In this document: positions 38,933 through 48,080 of the stretch, piece by piece
Layout: every line of letters begins with the position of its first letter
How positions within the stretch are numbered: the stretch's first letter is position 1
NCBI GenBank assembly: GCA_038247415.1
Contig: JBBRUX010000003.1
Coordinates: 74,013 to 138,012 of the forward strand
Direction: 5' to 3'
Length of the DNA: 64,000 bases
Origin: Chitinivibrionales bacterium
GTDB lineage: Bacteria; Fibrobacterota; Chitinivibrionia; Chitinivibrionales; WJKA01
Program-made: the position numbers and the translations under genes
Notes under the pieces: generated by a model
Databases searched by the model: none
What the model was told of the DNA's origin: nothing
The model's input: only the letters and a program-made list of their open reading frames with translations

Positions 38933-40684
38933 TTAAACGTCGGCAAAGAATGGTAAATGGGGGAGAAGGTCGCCAAGAACACGTTTGTTAAGATTGTGAA
39001 GCCATTCGTTGAGTTCTGTTGTAGTAGAAATAGCTTCTATATGAGAAACACTTTCGGCAGCATCTGCAAAGCTTGTTTTGGAGATGAGTTCTTTGAGTAC
39101 GGGAATGCATCGTGGAACTACTGAAAATCGCTTAAGTCCCATACCAATCAGCATAATGGTATGGAATGGATTGCCTGCCATTTCACCGCATATTGAAAGT
39201 GGCTTGCCATGATCGTTACTGATTTTTATCGCATTTTTAATAATTTTTAAAAAAGCTGGTTCAATAGGATTATAGAGATAGTTGACTTTTGCATTATTAC
39301 GATCCGCTGCACTTAAATACTGGATAAGGTCATTAGTACCAATTGATGCGAAGTCGATATCCTTCATAAAGGTATTCATTTCCAAAACAGCAAGCGGAAC
39401 TTCAAAAAGCACGCCGCATTTAGGCATGGGAACACCTTCTTCTTTGGCTACTTTGGCAATAAATTCACGTGCTTCCTGCCATTCGGTAACAGTTGTTACC
39501 ATAGGGATCATAATCGAAAACGGGCCATTGCCCCCGGCACGCAAAATTGAGGTGAGTTGGGCTTCAAAAATATCTTTACGTTCAAGAAAAATGCGGATTG
39601 CGCGCCATCCCATAAAGGGGTTGTATTCTGCTGGCATTTCAAAAAAATCGGGAACCTTATCGCCACCAATATCCATAAGGCGGATTACGGTTGGTTTTTT
39701 GCCCATGGTTTGAAGAATTTGCGAATAATATGCAGTCTGGATATCACTGGGTGGAAAACTTTTTCTGTTGGTAAGTAGGTATTCGCTTCTGACAAGTCCT
39801 ATGCCATCGGCTCCGTATTCGTTGGCAAGCTCTGCATCTTCGGGCAAAGAGACATTAGCCAAAACACTGATTGCAATGCCGTCGCGTGTGTAGGCTGGAC
39901 GGTTCCATTTGGCTTTGAGTTCCTGGAGCTTTTCTTCGGTATGTGATGTTTTTGGGTGGCGGTTTAGTGTGGCAGCCGTTGGTCTAATGTAAACTTCACC
40001 TTTTGTTGCATCTACAAAAAGCTGGTCTCCGGGATGTATATGCTTGTTGAGATTTGGAATGCCAGAGAGTACTGGAATCGAGTAAGAACGTGCCAAGATT
40101 GCTGCATGTGAAGTTTTGCCACCGCTTGCTGTTATGACTGCAGCAATTTTAGATTTGTCGTATGAGAGAATATCGGATGGAGTAAACATTCTGGAAACAA
40201 TAAGGACAACCGGTTCCAGAAATGACTTTGCCCTTCCATCGTCCTGATTGATATAGGAGACAAGTTTTTCGCAAATTTCAACCATATCGGAACTTCGTTC
40301 TTTAAAGTACGATGTCCCTGCAGAATCGAATCGCTTGATAAAATCGTTTGAAACCAAGCGAATTGACGTTTCGAGGTCGTAAAGTTTAGTAGAAATAGTT
40401 TCAACAACCTGCCCAATAAAGGCAGGGTCATCGAGGATATGTTCGTAAATATTGAGAATGGAGGCGTCTAGAGCCGTGGAACCATCGGAATTCGTGAGAT
40501 AAATGCGGTAGTCCTGCCGCGCACGTTCACGAATCTCGTTAAAACGCATTACCTGATCGCCAACATCTTGACGGGAAATGGTAACACGGGAAGGTTGCTC
40601 AATTGCCCGGCCTACAAAAAAAGCTTTGCCAACGCCCTGCCCTGGGGCTACAGTTATACCAGTGAGTTTTGACGCTTTATTCAT
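38933..40684 (-). CDS. ptsI: Phosphoenolpyruvate-protein phosphotransferase (PTS enzyme I)
   Basis: TSHAAILARS phospho-His motif, GIGLVRSE, DIGGDK, NPFMGWRAIR, SIGTNDL, ICGEMAG. ATG at 40684 overlaps the upstream stop. Confidence 0.93.
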   Translation of the reverse strand: MNKASKLTGITVAPGQGVGKAFFVGRAIEQPSRVTISRQDVGDQVMRFNEIRERARQDYRIYLTNSDGSTALDASILNIYEHILDDPAFIGQVVETISTKLYDLETSIRLVSNDFIKRFDSAGTSYFKERSSDMVEICEKLVSYINQDDGRAKSFLEPVVLIVSRMFTPSDILSYDKSKIAAVITASGGKTSHAAILARSYSIPVLSGIPNLNKHIHPGDQLFVDATKGEVYIRPTAATLNRHPKTSHTEEKLQELKAKWNRPAYTRDGIAISVLANVSLPEDAELANEYGADGIGLVRSEYLLTNRKSFPPSDIQTAYYSQILQTMGKKPTVIRLMDIGGDKVPDFFEMPAEYNPFMGWRAIRIFLERKDIFEAQLTSILRAGGNGPFSIMIPMVTTVTEWQEAREFIAKVAKEEGVPMPKCGVLFEVPLAVLEMNTFMKDIDFASIGTNDLIQYLSAADRNNAKVNYLYNPIEPAFLKIIKNAIKISNDHGKPLSICGEMAGNPFHTIMLIGMGLKRFSVVPRCIPVLKELISKTSFADAAESVSHIEAISTTTELNEWLHNLNKRVLGDLLPHLPFFADV

Positions 40685-43086
40685 GCGCGCGTAGCAACTT
40701 TCCAGATTGTTCGGGCATATTCTAAAACAGCCGAATCCGCTGAGAATTTGCAGACACATGCCATAAGCTGAATGCTATCCTCTTGCCATGAGGCAGTATT
40801 TTGCCAAGCTTTGGAAATACCTTCTTGCACACAGATATAGTCGGAAAAATCGAGTAATGTAAAGTATTCGTCGTTGTCTCGTAGTGAAGCAAGTAAAGGA
40901 AATATAGCGTGTCCATCGGGAATCGTGCTCAAATGATTGTCTAGAAATTCGAATATTTCGGAAAGAAGCGGGTTATCCCTGATTATTTCCCATGGTTTGT
41001 AATCGTGATGAGTAGGCATTGCTTGTAAAGTATGGCCAAAAACAAAAGGAAGCGCATTTTGACAAGATTCGGTTATTTCGGTATTGATGCCGCTATGACT
41101 TGCGATAGGAATTGCGCCATTGATAATAAACTTAACAATGCTCGTTCCACAGGCCTCCATGCCAGGTGTTGCGATTTGTTCGGTTAAATCTGCGCCAGGA
41201 ATAACGACCTCGGCCAAAGACATGCCATAGTCTGGGATGAAAACAATTTTTAGCTTGTTGTTAATGCTTGCATCGTTATTTATTATTGAAGCAACTACAT
41301 GGATTAAATGTACTATTTGTTTAGCAAGTCGATCGGACGGGGCTGCTTTTCCGGTAAATATATGAACCCGATCGGGGCTGCTATCGTTGCCTTGTTTGAT
41401 GTTGAGATAACGATATAAAATTCCCAAAACATTAAGAACTTGTCGTTTATACGGATGAATCTTTTTGGCTTGAATATCGAAGAGTGCCTCGGGATTGACA
41501 TCGAGATTGCAGAGTGTCTTGATTGTTTTGCATAAATGCAATTTTGCTATTTTTTTGACGCGGGAGCACTCGTGTTGAAAGCTAGCATCGCGAGCTAGTG
41601 GTGCCAGCAAGGAAAGCTTGGAGGCATTAGTGATCCAATCGGTACCAATTGCGTTGCTAATAATAGTGCCCAGATTTGAATTTGCACCTAGGAGCCAACG
41701 CCTATGCATTATGCCATTAGTAACATTTGTAAATTTATTGGTGTTAACAAGCGCAAATTCCGGAAAGATCTTGGTGAGCAGTGCCGTGGATTGTTCTCGC
41801 GAAACACCATTGACAGAAGATGATCCTAATACGGCAAGATGTGCCATGCGTATTCGCTTGACTTCACCTTCTTCGACCAGTGAGAGGGCTGGAATACAAG
41901 CCGTTAGACGCTCGTCGTTGCGTTTGCGTATTGAATCGAGATGTCGTTGATTAATTTCGAAAATAATTTCGATATGACGTGGAAAAATTTCGGCAAGTTT
42001 ATAGATTGGCCATGATTCACAATCATCTTTGCCTACAGCATGACTGGTATACGCAAAAACATTGCGGGTAACGCGCCAAGCGTCATTCCACTCCATGCCC
42101 TCTACATCAACTAAAATTCTTAGAAGTTCGGGAACTGCAATTGCACAACCGCTTCCATTAATTTGAATAACTACTTTGCTATCCAGCGTAGAAAGATCGG
42201 TGTTTTGAGCTTTGAATCGCCGTACAATGTTTTGCAATGTTGCGCTTACAAAGAAAAACTGCTGCTTGAGCCGTTGTTCTGTTCCCCGAACTACATCTTC
42301 GTCGGGAAAAAGCATTCGTGTTACGGTGCTTGATTGAGACTTTTCTTCGCATGCGCGAGTATAATCACCATGGTTTTGATAATCGGGCAGAAATTTTTCT
42401 GAGGCCCGGGCAGACCAGAGTCGTAAGGTGTTGACTGTTTCGCTGTTGAAGCCAGGGATAGGCATGTCATAGGGAATTGCAATGACATTTTCTGTGTCTT
42501 CCCACATTCGCGGTTTAGCATTATCTCTTTGGCCCGTAACTGTTCCATAAAAATTCACCGTGCAGGCATATTCCGGACGGATAATTTCCCAAGGGTGTCC
42601 TTTGTGAAGCCAATCGTAAGGTGCCTCGGACTGCGCATCTTCTTTAATTTCTTGCCGGAAAGCACCATAATCGTATCGAAGTCCATACCCTGTTGCTGCG
42701 ATGCCCAGAGTTGCAAGCGAATCTTGAAAGCAGGCTGCTATGCGACCCTTTCCACCGTTGCCAAGGTCGAAGTCATCTTCTTGAGCAAAAATGTCATCGA
42801 GCGAAAACCCAAGATCGCGAGCTGTTTCTTGTACACCCTCTAAAAGACCTGCATATATAATGTTGTGTTTAAGGCTTTTTCCAAGAACGTATTCCATCGA
42901 AAGGTAGTAAACCCTCTTGATATTGGAATCGCGATATCGTTTTTGTGTTTCGATCCATTTGTCGACCATTTCACTGCGAACAGCGTATGCCAGGGCCATA
43001 TATTTATCGTAATTTGTAGCAGTGTCATTATCCTTGGCAAGGAAATAACGGAGGTACCGGTGGTAGGCGAGTTTAATACTTTCCAT
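40681..43086 (-). CDS. glgP: Glycogen/starch phosphorylase homolog (GT35) with divergent active-site motifs
   Basis: VYYLSMEY, LGNGG.GR.AACF.DS, NTLRLWSA, RLKQQ.FF, TNGI..RRWL, H.YKRQ, GKAAP, PLP-lysine region EACGTSIVKF..NGA. Confidence 0.8.
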   Translation of the reverse strand: MESIKLAYHRYLRYFLAKDNDTATNYDKYMALAYAVRSEMVDKWIETQKRYRDSNIKRVYYLSMEYVLGKSLKHNIIYAGLLEGVQETARDLGFSLDDIFAQEDDFDLGNGGKGRIAACFQDSLATLGIAATGYGLRYDYGAFRQEIKEDAQSEAPYDWLHKGHPWEIIRPEYACTVNFYGTVTGQRDNAKPRMWEDTENVIAIPYDMPIPGFNSETVNTLRLWSARASEKFLPDYQNHGDYTRACEEKSQSSTVTRMLFPDEDVVRGTEQRLKQQFFFVSATLQNIVRRFKAQNTDLSTLDSKVVIQINGSGCAIAVPELLRILVDVEGMEWNDAWRVTRNVFAYTSHAVGKDDCESWPIYKLAEIFPRHIEIIFEINQRHLDSIRKRNDERLTACIPALSLVEEGEVKRIRMAHLAVLGSSSVNGVSREQSTALLTKIFPEFALVNTNKFTNVTNGIMHRRWLLGANSNLGTIISNAIGTDWITNASKLSLLAPLARDASFQHECSRVKKIAKLHLCKTIKTLCNLDVNPEALFDIQAKKIHPYKRQVLNVLGILYRYLNIKQGNDSSPDRVHIFTGKAAPSDRLAKQIVHLIHVVASIINNDASINNKLKIVFIPDYGMSLAEVVIPGADLTEQIATPGMEACGTSIVKFIINGAIPIASHSGINTEITESCQNALPFVFGHTLQAMPTHHDYKPWEIIRDNPLLSEIFEFLDNHLSTIPDGHAIFPLLASLRDNDEYFTLLDFSDYICVQEGISKAWQNTASWQEDSIQLMACVCKFSADSAVLEYARTIWKVATRA

Positions 43087-43300
43087 AAGATTATTGCGAC
43101 CCAGAAAAAATGGGTACTTTCGCCTTCTAACTGTTGATTGAACTCATATTAAAATAATTCTATATTCTCGGACAATGAAATAGTATTAAAAAAATCATAA
43201 TCTTACGAGTAGTTTAATACGCAGTATTGCGATAATAATTGTAGTGCTATATCTTGTATTTAGAGGGTATACCTATTATTTTTACAATGTTCTTATTTAT

Positions 43301-43389
43301 GGAGGGGTGGCCGAGTGGCCGAAGGCAACGGTTTGCTAAACCGTCGTACGGTTTACACTGTACCGGAGGTTCAAATCCTCTCCCCTCCG
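43301..43389 (+). tRNA. tRNA-Ser(GCT)
   Basis: Acceptor GGAGGGG/CCCCTCC, anticodon arm ACGGT-TT-GCT-AA-ACCGT, long variable arm, GGTTCAAATCC. Confidence 0.95.
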
Positions 43390-43429
43390 TTTTTTTTGCT
43401 CGACAACGCCCCCCGGGATCACTCACCGT

Positions 43430-43897
43430 ATGTCGGCACGATTTCGCCAATATCTTATCGATGCGTATGTCGGGGTAGGTGTTAACCACTCCGGCCGCAA
43501 AAAAATTTCCCGTGACCTAGCTATCCAAATTGATGACCAAGACGACAACGATATCCTTGCGTCTTTTTGCACCATTTTCGTAACGGTGGGCACTAAGAAC
43601 GGGTTTGAGATTGAACTTTTAGGTCCAATGCCAATCACACTTGAAATTGCCGATTTAGCAGAAATCTATGGGGGTTCTGCGGATGCAAAAAAAGGGCGGT
43701 TGAGTATGAAGCTCACATTGCTTCAGATCGAAGCAGTATCGGATCTTACGGTAAAAATCAGGAAAACTGCTCAATTAGGTCCGAGTGTTGGAAATCCTCA
43801 TTGGGATAGAACCTCTGCCCGTACAATTTCTTCTTTACGTCGTTTTGTTAGAGTTGTTCACGAGTATATCCGCAGTCGATCTAAATCTATGGGGTAG
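43430..43897 (+). CDS. Hypothetical protein
   Basis: 155-aa ORF with a protein-like alpha/beta pattern; no motif recognised. Confidence 0.6.
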   Translation: MSARFRQYLIDAYVGVGVNHSGRKKISRDLAIQIDDQDDNDILASFCTIFVTVGTKNGFEIELLGPMPITLEIADLAEIYGGSADAKKGRLSMKLTLLQIEAVSDLTVKIRKTAQLGPSVGNPHWDRTSARTISSLRRFVRVVHEYIRSRSKSMG

Positions 43898-44044
43898 CTC
43901 TCGCCGCTGCCCGGCCACTTTAGTGGATACTATCCTGAACATGTGCGGCAATGCGCAGCTTGTTTGCCTCAAGATTTGAAAATTGCTTGTCGCATATGTC
44001 GCTTAGTCGGGCAAGAACTTTGCGATTGACATTTTCTTGATTTT

Positions 44045-45193
44045 CTATAAATTCACCACTACTTTAAACAAGTTGTTCTCTCTGTCATCAAAGAAATCAA
44101 TACTTGGATATGCCTTAAGTGCTCTTCTGATACCGTTACCGAGGCCACGATAAGGCAATAGCTTTGTTGCAAACGAAGCAAGAATAGGATTGCGGATATT
44201 TGAATTTCCTGATTTAATATTTTGAACCGTCAAATTGTTTGGTAAATGCCCAGGGCTTATTATTTCGACCCTGTTTTCAAATAAGAATACGCGTATCGGA
44301 GCAGAAATAAAATAATCTCTATGAATTAAAGCATTAGCAATAAGCTCTTCAAATACAATTATAGGAACAACCATTTCGCCGGTAGAGTTAATGGTTTTAT
44401 TTGTTTGGCTATGGCGATTGTTAACTCTAATAAACGAAAGTACCTGCTGAAAAACATCGGAAACCTTACCAGTAATATCTCTGTTGTCCAAATATTTTTC
44501 TTCGTCAATATCCATACCGGGATATGCTACCGCTTTTACAATGAAAGTCGGCAAACGAAAATGTGCTTGTTTTGCAAATAATAATGCACCTGCGATGTTT
44601 AAATTTGAAGCCTTTGCAAGGTTCATGTTTTCCAGAATAATTTGCAAGGGATTTTCTTGTGTGTCTAATGTTTCACCGTATTCTTTTTGAAAGAATGCTT
44701 CAAAATAGGGCAAGTCAATGTCTGCAATAGTTAAGCCATTAGCGGGTATTTCATCCCCGTGTACTAACCCCGCTGCCTGAAACATTCCTTGAACTTCTTC
44801 TCGGCTTGTAACTCTTCTTTTATCGCTTCCATTTTTGACCCAGATTGCACCTTTATTATCCATGTACGGTTTACTGATGCCATCCGGTATTGTTAGAACA
44901 ATTACTAAACCATCAGGATGTGAAATGTTTTCTGAAATTGGGTTTACTGGTGGCCTAACAGATTGTGTAGAGGCGTTCGATATGAGTTGGTTAAGCCGAC
45001 CAATATCATCCTTCGATAAACCTGTAACTTTCCATGTCTTGTCTTCAACTCCTATGATAATTCTACCACCACCAGTATTACTAAATGCAACAATTTCTGC
45101 TGCAAGCGAATCAACCTTATGAAAATTTTCTTTGTATTGGTTCCCACTGTCTTCGCCATGGTTTAATAACTCTATAAGTTCTGAGGTTTCCAT
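44045..45193 (-). CDS. AlbA_2 (Schlafen-like) domain + HATPase_c_4-type protein
   Basis: GEDSGNQYKE, VAFSNTGGGRIIIGVED, EELIANALIHRDY, RVEIISPG.LP, IRNP.LA, GLGNGIRR. Confidence 0.85.
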   Translation of the reverse strand: METSELIELLNHGEDSGNQYKENFHKVDSLAAEIVAFSNTGGGRIIIGVEDKTWKVTGLSKDDIGRLNQLISNASTQSVRPPVNPISENISHPDGLVIVLTIPDGISKPYMDNKGAIWVKNGSDKRRVTSREEVQGMFQAAGLVHGDEIPANGLTIADIDLPYFEAFFQKEYGETLDTQENPLQIILENMNLAKASNLNIAGALLFAKQAHFRLPTFIVKAVAYPGMDIDEEKYLDNRDITGKVSDVFQQVLSFIRVNNRHSQTNKTINSTGEMVVPIIVFEELIANALIHRDYFISAPIRVFLFENRVEIISPGHLPNNLTVQNIKSGNSNIRNPILASFATKLLPYRGLGNGIRRALKAYPSIDFFDDRENNLFKVVVNL

Positions 45194-47828
45194 ATTCCGT
45201 ATATTTTCTTTCGTTTATTAAATGCGTCTTCTCCGCCTTCCATAATATCTACAATTTCTTTTTGTATGACTGGAGAATCAATGCTACCCGATTGAATACT
45301 AACATTGTCATCTGCATACCTGCATGAATGTATCTGTTCTGCATCCCCTAATACCGGAAAATTTGCATTATGCGTTGCAAACAAAAATTGTGTGTGTGGT
45401 TTTAATTCCCTGATTAATTTAATAACATCCTCGTAAATTGTTTGATTATCCAAATCATCCTCTGGCTGGTCAACTATTATTACATCGTTATTTTGTTGAT
45501 TCAGGACAAACAAGATGAGAGCAGAAGCTCTTTGCCCAAGAGAATGATGTTGTAATTCCTTGCCTCTGTATTTGATAGAAAATTTGTTTGGCACTTGATA
45601 CACCAATAATGGTTGTAAGTTCTCGATGAAATACCTTTCAAATGTTTCCGGAGATGAACCCGCTTTAGTTTTCGTGTTTTCAAAATCACGATACATTGTT
45701 GCAAAATCGGAGTACTCGTTTACGATTGACAACAGAGTTGATTCCCGAAGTGAACTGCCACGGAAAACATTCTTCATAAATGTTAAGAAGTTTGATTTAT
45801 CACCCTTAAACTCAGCTTCAATTGTTAATGCTGAATGCTTATTATTAATAAGGTCTAATTGGCTAGTAATAGCCTGAAATTCCTGCTGCCATAAAGCATT
45901 TAATACTGATAAAGATTCAATTAGCTCATTCCTTACAGTGAATTTCTGTGACTTTTGCTTAATCAAAGAATCAAGCATCTGTTGTGCTGTGGTTATTTTA
46001 TTCTTTAAGCTAGGATATTCTTCAAGATTGAGAGATAGTGCGCCCTTTTCTTTTAACTCCGCTTCAATTTTTCGTCTTGTCTCCGCAAACTCATCGGTAA
46101 ATGCCTTTTTTGTTTGAGCGAAACCCGAATATTTAGCCTGCAATTGATTAATAATATTCTCAAGAGATTGCTTGTCTATTTTTTGTTTTTCTAAAATGGC
46201 AACAACTTTGGCGTACTCTGAAAAGAATTCCTTAAAAAAGACTGTATTCTGTGCAGAGGCATACGAAGTATGATTTTTTATCATGTCCTCATATTCGCTG
46301 GTGAAATTTACCAGTCCAATTATGAATTCTTCATATCACCGAGAATCTGAATAATTTTTCTGTCATCACTAGTAAAATCTGTCTGTTTTTTGAATTTTTC
46401 TTCAACCCCATATTCAGTAAATTTTTTAAGATTAAACTCGGCATCTTGTTTTTTTTAATTGTATTCCTCAATCTGGTCATCAATGTTAGCAAGCTTTTGA
46501 AATCTAGCAATTACATCTGATACTAATTGTTTTTTTTCTTCAATTTGCCGGCGTATGTCGTAAAGACTTTCCCCTACAAGTTTTTCTACCAAATCCTTTT
46601 CAAAACCATCGCCACTACTGGAGAGATCTTTTTGACCAAAATAAATAGGATTTTTTATGATAGTCTCCCGTATAGAGATTCCGGGCTGCAGCTTACCACC
46701 AACAAAACATTCGGGATATTCATTTAGTATCCGTTTAATCTGAAAATCGCTACCGTATTGATTGCAAGCCGTGATAACGGCTTTTCCACCGCTACCGAGG
46801 GTGTGAGCCACTAGTTCATTTTTGTATTTCTTATCGGTAACGTGCTCACCAAATGGGATATCTAATACATAACGGAATACTTCCATTATAGAAGATTTCC
46901 CACTTCCTCTTATCCCAATTAGTGTGTTCAGTTCCGGCGAAAAATTAATTATCTGACCGTTAAGCGTGCCACCTTCAAAAGAAATACTTTTAACGTAGGA
47001 ATGTTTGTAACGATCGGGTTTAGATGATCTAACACGGTTGCTATTATCTGTTAATGCATATCTTACTGCTTCAAAGGTAAAATCACCGATTTTTAACCAA
47101 GTTTCCTCATCTTTACTGCCAATTTCATCAATAGATTTGCAGTCGGAGCCATCTGCTTCGGCAGGGTACCAATTGCCAAACCATGCTTGCACTTTTGTTC
47201 TGCATGGCCTGTCTATACCATCATGTGTCCTTACCTTTTGGAAGGCAAGTGCTCTGTTTCTAAGCAGCCTGTTTTTAGCCAACTCACCAATCCTACCGCC
47301 ATCCAATTCGTTCCATAGGCCGCTGTTTTGTTCTACGTGGGCAAAAACCAAAAAATAATCACGATGGTATCCATCAAGTTTTTTGATAGTATCAATTAAA
47401 TTTAAAGAGCTGCGACCATCTTCATTCTCGTATTGCAAAGGTGTTTTGCCTTCAAAGGCAACATTTAAAAATTGAGCGATATAGTCCTGCCCATCGGCTA
47501 TCCATTGATCGGAAAAGACAACCAGGGTATGAATGCCATTTGAACCATCGTTTACCGAAAGTTCTATTCCCGGTAGCAAAAAAATCTCTTCCTTCCGAGC
47601 ATTCTTTCGCACATTAATAAATTCGTCTTTGTTAAATTTGTTATGGTTACTAATAACACCAACATTGATGGATTGCTCTTTCATTTTTGCAACATATGAA
47701 GTCAAAAATGAATGTGCCTCCCCTTTGTAAATAAATTGCTTATCAGCCTGTGTATGTAGGTGAAAGTCAGCTTTTAATCACGTAGATCCATGCTTGAAGA
47801 GTTCAAAACTGTATGTGTCTACAGACAT
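45172..47828 (-). pseudogene. TrlF/Ppl-like PHP-domain + ABC-type ATPase, disrupted
   Basis: Start MSVDTY at 47828. In-frame TGA at 47778-47780 in GST*LKADFHLHT, TAA at 46455-46457, frameshift near 46335. PHP motifs (HLHT, SNHN, PGIE, H, GSD), Walker A GIRGSGKS, signature SLGQR, IVDQPEDDLDN, ATHNAN. Confidence 0.85.
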
Positions 47829-48080
47829 TGGAACATCTCCTTTTATTTGTTGAGATAAAAATTGTCCATAATTGTCATTTTAAAGAACCTTGGCAAATTC
47901 GTTTGCACTTAGTACTGTATTATACAATCCAATATCTTACAATGTTCTTTGTGGTCACGATCTTGTGCCTCGTGCCGGTCTGAAGCGACTTTTTCGGTGA
48001 TGCAGCGAAATACTTGGCTCGGGACACCTCTTTCCCCTAAAGCAAGAGAATTCTTATTTGCTGCAGAGCCCATTTGTTTC

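Noticed and set aside
47778..47780. In-frame TGA as Trp recoding or selenocysteine
   Set aside because: TGA is a normal stop in many genes here, and the same gene also has a TAA and a frameshift, so pseudogenisation is the simpler explanation.
47891..47907. TGGCAAATTCGTTTGCA as a sigma54 promoter
   Set aside because: GG-to-GC spacing is 11 rather than 10, and it points at the 3' end of tssM with no downstream gene on that strand.
48027..48038. CCTCTTTCCCCT as an att duplicate of the tRNA-Ser 3' end bounding the defence islet
   Set aside because: Too short and mismatched, so the islet boundaries cannot be defined.
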